This document shows positions 50,460 to 62,368 of a stretch of 64,000 bases of DNA, piece after piece. The DNA comes from Gnetum montanum (taxonomy: Eukaryota; Plantae; Gnetophyta): positions 1,747 to 65,746 of the forward strand of contig MNCI01002414.1 in the NCBI GenBank assembly GCA_015680685.1. The letters are read 5' to 3'. Under the pieces are notes generated by a model, which was not told the origin of the DNA, did not search any database, and was given only the letters and a program-made list of their open reading frames with translations. The translations under genes were made by a program, and so were the position numbers. Positions within the stretch are counted from its first letter, which is position 1, and each line of letters starts with the position of its first letter.

Positions 50460-53400
50460 TCATACATCATCTCCCTCTACATCATCTTCCCTTGCATCAC
50501 CTTCCTCTACATCATTTTTCCCACCCTCATAGGGTCCTACTTCTTCATCTGGAATCTGCATCATAAAAAAAATGAAGTAGTTAGCTAGAGTTGTAGTAAA
50601 AGCTAAAATGAAATAAACAGTTGCATTACAAGAAAGTGACTAACCTGAGATGGCCCCACATCTATCTTAAGGGGAATGTGATCCGAACCAATCTCAAGGC
50701 ATTGCTAGACCTCCTCCTATGTAATATCTGCCCAATACCTATCACCCAAGTCAACATCTGCTGCAACTTTCTCCTTTTTAACAGCCTTCCATCTTAGCAA
50801 TCCTAGAGAAAAGGAGGTAGTGGTAGTCTTACCTATGGGAAGGCTCACTTCCCACTCAGGGGATCCACTGACTGTCACTTGTTTCATGAACTTGCTGTAA
50901 GCTTTAGCAGCACCAATGGGATCCAGGAATGCTTCATGAGTATACAACTTAACTGAAGCATCCTGGTATTGTTTACGGTAGGTGGTACATTCCAGTTTAT
51001 ACATATGCTTGTGGTTTTTCTGGGACTGCCCCCATTCGTAAACTCTCACACTATAATCTTTCCAATCCTCATTCTTCTAGGCCAACAAAGCCATCTACAT
51101 TCGCTGCTCAATTATTTTGCATGTGGCCTCATTGTTGCACTGCACGGCCATCCAATATCTTGCATAATCAATGATGGCAGTGTGCCAACTACCATCGTTG
51201 GTATCACAAGCTAATAGAAATTCATTTCTAGAGCAGAGGTCTTCTACATCAGTGGTCAAGTGGGCCTTCTCCTTCTCAAGCTTTTGGACTCATTTCCACA
51301 GGTCTTCATTTACATGCTTGCACTCCCACATGGAGCGTGCCAAGTACAATGTGCATTCGCTAGCCTCATCGTATATGTGAGAAGGCACCTTGATCACTTC
51401 CAGTGGGAATGCAAGCACGGTGTTGACCTTCACTACTTGTTTCAGGTCCCACTTGAGGCAAGAAGCTGTCAACTACAAAAAAAATGCATTAGTCACAATA
51501 GCGTAGCAAAGTTTAGCAACTTAAAAAGTCTAGCGTAGCTACTTCACTTACCCACTTCTAGATCAATCTGCTTGAGATGGTCAATCATATCATTGACCAC
51601 CCCCTGCATGAACATAAGTTTATCAAGGGTCTTAGCCCATGGTCACAGGTGGATTGAAGATGGACCTATAGTAACAATCATGGTGTTTGCTATGTAACAA
51701 GAATGTGTCAAGTATAACTGAGAGGGCTACCATAAAGCTGACGAGCAACACAAATGATAGTGTAAAGGCTCCTACCNNNNNNNNNNNNNNNNNNNNNNNN
51801 NNNNNNNNNNNNNNNNNNNNNNNNNNNNNNNNNNNNNNNNNNNNNNNNNNNNNNNNNNNNNNNNNNNNNNNNNNNNNNNNNNNNNNNNNNNNNNNNNNNN
51901 NNNNNNNNNNNNNNNNNNNNNNNNNNNNNNNNNNNNNNNNNNNNNNNNNNNNNNNNNNNNNNNNNNNNNNNNNNNNNNNNNNNNNNNNNNNNNNNNNNNN
52001 NNNNNNNNNNNNNNNNNNNNNNNNNNNNNNNNNNNNNNNNNNNNNNNNNNNNNNNNNNNNNNNNNNNNNNNNNNNNNNNNNNNNNNNNNNNNNNNNNNNN
52101 NNNNNNNNNNNNNNNNNNNNNNNNNNNNNNNNNNNNNNNNNNNNNNNNNNNNNNNCCCCATTTTGGGGGTCGTCACCTCTTCTCCTTCTTCCTCTCCCTC
52201 TTCTTCCTCTGGTAACAAGGCATGTTTGCATTACGAAAAAGCAGATTAACTTAAGATAAATGCTATGTTGTGCTATGCTATCTAGCATAGCATAGCGTAG
52301 CAAGCATTAACCAAAGAAGTGAAGAAACAAATAAAAAGAGAAAAGCATTTACCAATGGGAGGTTATATCCTACGTAACTTAAACTACAGTTTCTACCCCC
52401 CTTCTTCGTCCGTATGGGATGGCTCCTCAACCAAACGAGACCTTTTTCACCATAACATAGTGGCTATCATGTCCGCGATGAGATGTTTCCCTTATGATAC
52501 ACTACCCTTAGTATCAAGAGGTACCTCTCCTATGCTTTCCTAGCCACAGAAGTTGTAGGCCACCTAATCCCTAGTCATTATTGAAAATGACTCCCCAATA
52601 GCTTCCGGGGGGTCTTGGGCTTAGGTGGTGTGGAATACTTGGCAAATCCATGGTTTAGAAATTTGGTTACGATCTTGCATCACCCAGACTCCATTCTCAC
52701 GGATTACCAATAATTCCATGAATCACCACAAGTAAGCTACGAAGAAGGCATGCTGCACATTAAAACAAGATGCAAGATTCTTTTGAAGCTTGACCATTTT
52801 AGCTTGTAGAAGTTTCTAGAGATGCTTGGGCTAGTTATAATAGGCCCCCTTTTCCATGGCCTCCCTCACTATCCAAGATTGCTCAATCCCAATGATCTTG
52901 CCTTGGGAGAGTGCCCTGGGGAAAGCACAGGCACGGAAGATGGGGTAAACCATTTTCGCCACTTTTAGCATAGCTACTTCAATAGGGATCCTCTTTCGTC
53001 CTTTTGCTGCCCCTAGCCACTCCTCAATGTCCCCCTGATCGTTTACCTCCTTTTTGATCTTTGGTCTCATGGAAAGACCATCAATAGGGACACCAAAGAG
53101 ATCCGTGAATAGTTCATCATTGATCTCAAGGACCACCAGCACACCATGCACACGTGTGTGGAAGTGGTCTACCTTTTTAGAAAAGGATCCAGCTAGGGCA
53201 AGCATCTTAGTAGAGGGGATGCTTGGGTTCATGGCCAAGAATAATTCTATGATCCCAGTGTCCTGAAGGTGTTTGGTGAGTGATTTCGAGACCCTATTGT
53301 AGAGCTAGTGTTGGGTGTCATCCAACTCCTTGCACTTGAAGAAAATGTTAGCCTCGTTATGCCCAGAAGTGATCATCACCACCTCCTAGGATTTCTTCGC

Positions 53401-55023
53401 TACTATAGTATTTTAAAAAATGGAAAAAGCAAAAACTTAAACAAAATAGAAAGACAACAGAAACAAAAGAACAACACTTGAACATGCACACAATTCACAG
53501 TTTAGCTTACCAAGTTTAAATGGTGACGGGAATACTGGGAGATCCACTGACACATCTTCAATAGTGATCAACCTAAAGGGTGCCCAATCCCCATCCAGCT
53601 AACCGAACTCCTTACACCTATCATAGAACTAGAAGTACCACGTTGGATAGGTTTTGTACTCACCCCCACATTGGCCTATCACACCTGTGCACATATTCTC
53701 AGTGGAGGAAAACTCCTGCAGTGCCATCTGTGCCAAGGCCAAGGCATCAGTATCACCATGAATTCCATTCTTGCTAATGAAAAACCTAGTAACAAAAATA
53801 CACTATTAAAATTCTGGCCTAGCATAGCATGCATTACATAACGTAGTGGAATATGTTTACAAAACTCACCCGCTAGCAGAATAAACGGTTCCTGGTGGGT
53901 TCTGAAAATAATTTTCCATGTGGTAAGCAATGAACAACATGTTGTACAGATGGTAGCAATTATATTTGGGCATTTCTCAGATCCAAGCTAGACACCTCAA
54001 GTTTTTTGGATGCTGAATGGATCCCTTTGCCTGCCCACTCTTGATTGCTCCATCAGTCAAAAATTTTAGAATACCCCAATTTGTCCTAGGCAATAGGTTT
54101 TCTATAATTATGACTACTACCTCCTATGATAACTATGACCAAATGATCACACTAAAGTGTTGGAGGAGAAATTATAGGAATTCCCATGCGCCTTCCAGAA
54201 ACCAGACCACCTGCTACCCCACATGCGCTTGGGACAAAGGAACGTTGGCCACCAATTCGCTTAGGCAACAGAGGACCCCTACAATTTCTAGAATGATCAA
54301 AATTAGCCTTAGCATTACCCTACACAAAACAATGGAAAATGTTGACAACATGTTCGAGTGACATTCGTGTATAGTGTAGCAAGGCTAGCCATTGGTAGAC
54401 AACATCGCGTAACTCTTTTCATGTATGTAGCATAGCAGAACCACGAAGGTAATAGCGTAGAAACAAAACAAAAAAATTTAAATGTGAATTTTTAAATAAG
54501 AAATAATTTAATACACTACAGTCATTTCAAGAAATCTTATGCCTGACAAAATGATTTGCACTATGTGATGATAGGCACATGTTATGCTGTCAAAATCATG
54601 TGCATGGCCAAAGCCTCCTGAGGGTTGAATGCTACGCTATTCACATGCTAGGTTTCTAGAATCACCTAAACCTATGTGGCAAGGTATCCATAACAATGGT
54701 GGTTTGGACAACACTGCATGCAACCTTAGCATAGTGTCTATACACCGTCTTGGCCGAATTGGCAACAATGGCAATGTAACAACCAAAATGGCAACAAAAA
54801 CGATGATAGAAAATGTAAAATTTGAAATGAAAACAGAAACGAAGAAAGAAGGTAGAAAAAATAGCAATAGTAATAAGAAAAAGGGGGGTAGCATAGAAAA
54901 TTACCAAGCTGACAGAATTTCCTCCTGCACTATGATGCATGCTTGTGACAAATGCCCCAGGGTGTCTTTCACCTCATCTACCTTGATGAGCACTAGGTGT
55001 TTGCATTCTCTCTTGGGTGCCAC
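50460..55023 (-). pseudogene. Spliced antisense accessory gene, copy B
   Basis: Exons at about 55023-54905 and 54747-54580 (both tentative), 54319-53870, 53785-53511, 53402-52353, 52208-51552 (contains the N gap), 51465-50645 and 50555-50460. The five introns between exons 3 and 8 are all GT-AG with compatible phases (2,1,1,1,0). Confidence 0.88.
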
Positions 55024-55140
55024 CGTCTCGATTGCAAATTCTTTCTCAATCACTACACTAAACCACCTTGCTCTTTGTTAACATAACCACCTTGCGCTTT
55101 ATGCTCTTACAGTGAAAATGACGAGTTTACTGGTGGTAAA

Positions 55141-55154
55141 CCCCTATTTATAGC
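55141..55154 (-). promoter_or_regulatory. TATA box of the antisense gene
   Basis: Minus strand GCTATAAATAGGGG, about 120 nt upstream of the first coding exon. Confidence 0.6.
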
Positions 55155-55274
55155 TAACACAGTGAGAAGGAACTTGCCATTTTTGCACCCCAATTAATGT
55201 GGAACACTCTATCTAGTGTGGCACTCCCGCCATAGCTTAACAATACTATTTGTATTGTGGTAGGTGGGCCCAAC

Positions 55275-55690
55275 CCGTTAGCTGTCTGAAAAGACCTTAA
55301 ACTAATAGCCACTTACCTTTGCAAAAATAACCAATTAGCAGTCTGCAAAGACCTTAAACGAGTATTTCTGACTCATAGTTTCAACCAAGTTAACAGTCTA
55401 CAAAGACCTTAAACTAACAATTCTTGATTCATAGTTTTGACATAACCCATTAGCAGTCTACAAATACCTTAAACTAATACAACTTACCTTTACAAAAAAT
55501 AACCTATTAGTGGTTCAAAATGACCTTAAACCAATCCTTTTGACATAACCTATTAGTGATTTGCAAAGACATTTAACTAATAGCTTTAATTTATAAACTC
55601 AACCAGGTTAGCAGTCCACAAAGACCTTAAACTAGCAGTTTTGAACTTTTGCATTCAGGCGATCTGCTACAACCTTAAACTAGTAGATTG
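55275..55690 (+). repeat. Tandem array, about 27-bp core TTAGCAGTCTRCAAAGACCTTAAACTA with related variable linkers
   Basis: About 8 copies between the antisense TATA box and the RT ORF. Confidence 0.88.
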
Positions 55691-55826
55691 CAAACTTTGT
55701 ATCATGATTTATAAACTATTTATATCTCATTGCTGCTTTACAAATGTTTACTATGCACCATTTCTACAAAAAGGTATCACTTGACTTGGCATTCATCTCA
55801 TTGTGGTAGGTTGAGCAAGAATAGAA

Positions 55827-58800
55827 ATGCATCACGATCTTTCTTCACCACTAGCTTTGATAGGTCTACATGGTGAGCTTGCAAGACAACTGAACCTAGA
55901 GTCAATAGATTGGAAATCATCTATAGATAACATAGTAGCATCCTTAGAAACATTCCCAGATTGGCCCAAACATTTCATCCATGCCTTAGATTTAGAGGCC
56001 GAGGATGTCACTGAGGACCCTCTCATTGAAATGCCTATAACTACATCTAGGGGAAAATAAAAATGTTAAAACTTAGCTTACTCCTAGATTCGCAAACACA
56101 CAAAGATGTATCCAAGATACTGCAGGAAAACATTGAAGTATTCGCTTGGTCTTCTAACAACATGCCAAGCTTAGATCCAAGGCTTATACAGCACAACACT
56201 ATCTTAGATCCATGTATGAAAGTAGTTAAGAAAAATCCTTACAAGGTTAAACCAAAGATTGCACTGGTTGTACGCGATGAAATCACTAAGCTGTATCAAG
56301 CTGGTTTCATCTGGGCAGTTGATTACTCAGAGTGGATGCCAAACATCATTGTGGTTTCTAAGAAAATGGGAGGAATATGAATCTGTATATACTTTTAGGA
56401 TCTAAAAAAAATAATGATCAAAGATGACTTCCCACTACCAAGTATTGATCAACTCATCGACACTACAATTGGTCACGCTCTATTATCCTTCATGGATGAT
56501 TTCTCCGACTACAATCAAATTCACATCAACCTAAAGCATCAGTTAACAACAACATTCATGACCCCATGGGATACTTTCTATTACACTATCATTCCCTTTG
56601 GGCTAAAAAACGCTAGAGTAACCTACCAAAGAGCCATGACATACATCTTTAGCAACTATATCCTAGAAACAATAAACGACTAAGTGGATGACATAGCGGT
56701 CAAATCTAAAGAGGCTGCATATCATTCCAATGATCTAGGTGTAGTCCTCAAATGTTGCCAGATGCATGATTTATGCCTCAACCCAAAAAAGTGTGTCTTC
56801 TGGGTGAGAATCAGATGCATGTTAGGGTTTGTAGTATCGGAGGGTGGAATACGAGTGAACCCTGACAAAGTTAAGGCCATCGCTAATCTAGCACCCCCTA
56901 AAAACCTTAAATAATTGCACAGGTTGCAAGGTAAGGTATAGTTCATTAGGAGGTTTATAGAAAAGTTAACTGACAAGTTACACCCCATGCAACACTTACT
57001 AAAGAAAGGGGTTAACTTCAAATGGACAACACAATGCCAACAAGCCTTTGATGATCTAAAGAAAGAGCTTTTACACCTCTTGACTATTTACCCACCATAT
57101 AGGGATAAGCCTTTCTACATCTACCTTGCCACCTCAGACACGTCTATCGTGGTACTGCTAGAAACAAGACAATGATTCTGAGATTCTAGTGTATTATCTA
57201 TCTCATGCATTGATAGCACATGAGGTGAAATACAATGAGGTGGAGAGAAATTTTCTTTCTGTAGTGTTTGCATTAAAAAAGTGGAGGCATTATCTGTTTC
57301 ATACCAAATTTAACATCATTTGCAAAAGCAATGTACCCTGGGCTATCATGAATAATCTATATGAAAGTAGTAGGATAGTCTGGTGGAAAGTCATAACAGT
57401 GAAATTCGATTTGCATTATGTAAGCCAGTCATCAAAGAAAGGTCAAGCTATAGCAATGCAACTCACGACCTCACCCGTCGACGATCGGACAACCATAGAA
57501 CTGAAATTCCCTAATGAGCATGTTAGCACCATCAATGCTATTCCATCTTATCTCGAAGCTACTTTACACTTCGATGGTGCCTTGACTATGCGTGGTGGTA
57601 GCGTAGCGACATCATTACATTCCCCTTTGGGGACATTCAACCGTTTGCTTATTGGTACGTGTTCCTTTGTACGAAAAATATGGTAGTGTACGAAGGACTC
57701 CTCAAGGGCCTCTTATCAGCCCAAGCATTAAAAATTCAACATCTAGCGATTCGCAGTGATTCAAAACTCATTGTGAATCAAATCATTGAGGTCTATGCCT
57801 AGAAATCTACTCACTTGCAATCCTATTGCGACCTAGCAAAAATTTTACTTAAACAGTTTGCAACAATGAATGTTTAACACGTGCCATGCAATGAAAACAC
57901 TGTAGTAGATACCTTGGCCATCCTAGCATTAAATGTGCCACCACACCTATTAAAAATTTTTCCTGCTTCGATAATCGAGTGTATGGAGCCTATCACTCAA
58001 GCAGTACACGTAGCCTCTATAAGCACTGTAGATACCTAGGAGTGGTACACCAACATTAAAGCCTACCTTCAACATGGCAAGCCCCCATGTAGATTGACAT
58101 CTACCTAGAGGGATGTAATCCACAAGTGTGCTTGGAAATATGTGCTCATGGGATATTGCTGGCATGCATAAATGAGGAGCAAGCACAGAAGGTCATTAGT
58201 GAGGTACATGAGGGACTGTGTGGTGGACACATAGCACCTAGCGCTATGGCAGAAAAAATCAGACACCTAGGGTACTACTGGCCTCACATGGAGCATGATT
58301 GCCTAGCCAAAGTTAAGACTTATGATACATGCCAACAATATGCAAATCTCATACATGTTTCACCTACAGAATTGCACCTAATGTAGATCATGTGGCCATT
58401 CCAATGATGGGGACTAGACATTACAGGACCTATCATGCCTAATTCTTATGCAGGGCATAGCTTCATCATCACCGCCACTGAGTACTTTACAAATTGGGTC
58501 AAGTCTATTCTCCTTAGGAAGACTACATCTCAACAAGTTTTCCACTTCATATTAGATAATATCGTGATGAGGTTTGGGCTTCCCATGATGATTATGACAG
58601 ATAATGGGCCACAATTTAGTAGTGTGGAAACCAAAAAATTTTGCAGTAACCTTGGCATTAGGCAATCGTTCTCCTTTCCATACTACCCATAGGCAAATGG
58701 ACAAGCAGAAGCTACAAAGAAAGCCATAATCAACTTGCTCAAGAAAATGCTTAACAATAGTAAGAGATGATGTTGTGAGCAAATCCTCTATATGTTGTGG

Positions 58801-59250
58801 GCTTACAAGATGACATGTAGGACTACAATAGATAAAACTCCTTAGAGTCTTGTTTAGGGATCTAAAGTGGTGTTACCTCTTTTGCTATAGGTACCCTCAC
58901 TTCGAATGATCTTGTCAAACGTCATGAGTGAAGCCCAAAACAATGAGTCGAGGATCATCGACCTCGACTCAATAGAGGAGGAGTGTGCATAGATACTTGG
59001 TTGCATAGAGTAATACCAAAATATGGAATGACAGAAGCATCATGCAAACCAGCATCAATGGTCAATAAAATAGGAAGACCTTGTTCTCAAGGCTGTCCGT
59101 GAACATGTGAACAAATTCTCAGGAAACTAGGAAGGTCCATTCATGGTCACAAAAGCCTATGGGAATGGGGCCTTCAAGCTAGTAGACATGGATGGCAGCG
59201 AGTTCGTAAATCCTATGAATCATTTATATCTCAATCCATACTACATTTGA
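55827..59250 (+). pseudogene. Element B pol: RT-RNase H-aRH-integrase
   Basis: VFAWS, KDDFPLPSIDQLID, PFGLKNA, (Y)VDDI; RH YLATSD...YYLSH; aRH LHFDGA...SDSKLIVNQ; INT HEGLCGGH...CQQY, MTDNGPQF, EGPF...GNGAFKL. Confidence 0.93.
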
Positions 59251-59271
59251 CATATGAGCAAGGTAAGCGAT

Positions 59272-59600
59272 CATCTACTATGACGTAAAACTGGCAAAGC
59301 TCATCCGCTACGACGTAAAACTAGCAAAGCTCATTTGCTACGATGTAAAACTAGAAATACAATCTGGTATGACTATAAATTGGCACAAATAGTTTTCTAT
59401 GACTATAAATTGGCAAAGACTATCCACCATGACATAAAACTGGCAAAGAACATCCACTACGACATTAAACTGGCACAGACGGTCCGCTATGACGATAAAC
59501 TAGCAAAGATGGTCTGCTAGGACCTTAAAGTAGCATAGCCATCATCTACTGAGACTTTAAAATAGCACATCAGATGGTCTACTAGGACCTTAAATTGGGT
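59272..59600 (+). repeat. Tandem array, about 30-bp unit (GACGTAAAACTGGCAAAGCTCATCCGCTAC)
   Basis: About 11 copies immediately after the integrase stop. Confidence 0.9.
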
Positions 59601-60977
59601 TTGTGACACATCATTTGCATACATCCATGACTCTACAAACAAGAGAGCATGCATAATGCCAACACAAGTTGGAATGTTGCAGTTCCAAAATGCAGTTCAC
59701 GACGCCAAGAAAATACTCTCTAGAATGTATGCAATGCCACTGCCCCTGGCATCTTGCTAATCCTCTGGATATGTCATATGACATCTTGCTGACCTTCTAG
59801 AGCTACCGCTACCATGGCCGTTTGCCCTAGTGGTAGCAGCTATGGTCAACACCTACTGCTGGAGTCCCAACACTATTGTGGCCTAGCCACAAAGCTGCTA
59901 CCCTCCAGCCCCCACCATTTCGTGAGCCCAAAATATGTTCAGAAGTTGGGTAGCCCATCTCATAGCTGAACTACATGATGTTTGCCTTGGGTAGGGACTC
60001 TTGAGAATCCGCATCATCATAGTAACTCCTAGCCTCCTCAGTGCCTGCCTCTCCACGCTGATGCTACCAGACCTGCTGCTAGCCTTCCTAGTTTGCATGT
60101 CAAATGGCTCAGCAACAATGTCCATTGTTCTAATAGTGTCCAAAGTAAGAAAGACCTTTTCCTTCATTTCATTTGATAGTTTCTTCTTTTGGTTTTCTCT
60201 CTATTGTGTTTACAGGGTATGTGTCGTAGAGGCGTCGATCAAAGGTGAGTTTCGCCAAGGCAACAGGACACTACATCATTCCAAGGTGGTTGTCCTGACT
60301 ACCTTGGCTACTTTGGAGTGCACATCCTATCCTCCCCATTAACCTCTTTACCTCATTCCTTACACTCACAATTCTCTTTCTCATACCTCTTTTATGAATT
60401 TTTTCCTGATGCTTGTAAAGCCCTCCCATATGCTCAACTGCAAAGTCTGTGACATGCGTAATGCAACTCGCCACATGGAAAGCATTTGTAGGTAGGTTAA
60501 AGCCTCACATGGATGTAACGCAACTCATCCTAGGGAGGAAACATGTGTCCTACAATGACAAGGTTGTTTGCAAATTAAAATGGCAAAACAGCAAAAGAAA
60601 AGCAAAGAAGAGCAAAATCTCACAAAAAAATGCTTGCCTAAAATAAATGGCACACTAGCTATTTTGTGATGACCATCTCTAAGAATTCCGATGAGAGGTC
60701 AGATGCCTGAAAAAGAAAGATATCCATGCACATCAACTCCTTCACAAGCACTCTGAGGAGGGACCACATTTCTACTTCTTTCCCTTCCCAAAATTTCCCC
60801 CATAGATCCACCCTTTTCCCTTTTCCTACATAACTATCCTAGCACTCTCAATCATATCCAAGTGATATGTCAATGATTATTGAAGAGAAATGTTAGTGCC
60901 TTGTGTTTCATGGTGTTTTGTATTCTTTGTCGGCATCTCTCGGGCCCATCCTCCAAATCTTAACAAAGAGGGGCCAA

Positions 60978-62363
60978 TGAAACACCATAAAATTTCAAGG
61001 CACTCTTACTTCACCAGGGTCTTGGAATTTAGGCAAGGAACTTCCACAAGTGCAATGTCATGATAGTTTTCCTAAAAAGTGTAGACACTAAAGTTAGACT
61101 ATTCAATTCAGCAATTTTTCTACCACTAGAGCTAATAGGCCCAGTTGACTTTCTGGCCTGCCCACCTAGGTGATTCACCCAGTTGACAGTCTACTCAGAA
61201 ACCATGCTTGAGGTTGTCAGTGGTGCTCAGGATGGACAAAACAGTTTAGCAAGTTTTCTAGTGGTGAAGTTTGCTATGCTACACTATGCTACATAGCGTA
61301 GCAGGACATTAAAAAATCAAACAAGTGTCCAACTACAAACGTTAGCAAGATGTTCATGCAAGGTAAAATCACAATTCAACCACCACAAGGTGCTACGCTA
61401 TGTAGAGTAGCATAGCGTAGCAAGGGAAAAGCAAGCAAAGTTTTCTCATCACAGTTTTCACAAAAGTGCAAATTATGTTGGCTGTTATGCTATGCTACGC
61501 TATCTAGCATAGCATAGGATAGAAAATATGCAAATTGATAAAATGCTCCACAAAATTTAACCCCGCGTGTGCCAAGGCTTTTAGCAGAAGCTAGTCACCC
61601 CAATGCAAGTTTTCTGCTTAAATGTATGGCTACGTTGTGCTACACTGCTTAGCCTAGCATAGCATAGCAAGTAGCTACGCTATGCCAATGTGCTATGCTA
61701 CATAGCGTAGTGAGTAGCTACACTACTTCAATGTGCTTCATTTCTCGCTTGCATTGTTGGCACACCTAATTCTAGCATGTCCAATTCTAACAACATGGTG
61801 CCAGTGTAGCAAGTTCACAACTAGTTTTGCACATCTCTCTCCTGCTGCTAGCCCTATTAATACTTGGATAAGCAATGCTCAAAGTGTTGGCAAATTAAGG
61901 CATTGTTGGAAAATTGGAAAAACTCGCATTGGCAATTTTCGTTGGCAATTGTGAGCATTGTTGGCATTTTTTTGTGGTTGGCATTTCTGGCATTAGCACT
62001 TTCAGCATTGTATAACATGTTGCACATCTCTCAAAAAAGGCAAAGAATTGAACCCTCAAATTTTGCAGTGCATTTTCTCACCTGAGTTCATTCTAATTAT
62101 TTCTTCATTGTTGTCGTTGTTTGGACTTTTTTTTATTCGTTCATGCATTTATCAATTATCGATTTTACCTCTTGTATTTTGCAGTTAAAAAAACATTCAC
62201 ATAAGGTTAAGTTACACTGATTAAGTTCCTATCTGATTGACTAGACCATTTAGGATGCCCCATTTCCATTTTATCCAGCATGGCCCTTGCATAGATTCAG
62301 GGTTAAATTGTTTACCTAGCAACTTCTCGGTGTTTCCAGCTACTAACATTTTTGGTCGCTACA
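60978..62363 (+). repeat. Element B 3' LTR, preceded by PPT AACAAAGAGGGGCCAA
   Basis: TGAAACACC...GGTCGCTACA, followed by TSD CATAT. Confidence 0.93.
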
Positions 62364-62368
62364 CATAT

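Larger units (their letters stand above)
36209..62363 (+). mobile_element. Element B: full-length Tat/Ogre-like Gypsy (about 18 kb without D): LTR-PBS-gag-PR-[antisense gene]-RT-RH-aRH-INT-3' region-PPT-LTR
   Basis: Paired LTRs; TSD CATAT (36204-36208 and 62364-62368); tRNA-Asn PBS at 37621-37637; PPT at 60963-60977. Confidence 0.95.

Noticed and set aside
51632-52303. Long ORFs in the supplied track
   Set aside because: They are created by the N gap at 51777-52155.
54629-55081. 150-aa plus-strand ORF and similar plus-strand ORFs across 20500-23900 and 50900-54400
   Set aside because: Not conserved between A and B on the plus strand; conservation and splice signals are on the minus strand.
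55275-55690. CRISPR-like repeat-plus-spacer appearance
   Set aside because: The linkers are related to each other, the repeats are degenerate, there are no cas genes, and the context is a eukaryotic retrotransposon. The same applies to 19495-19797 and 59272-59600.
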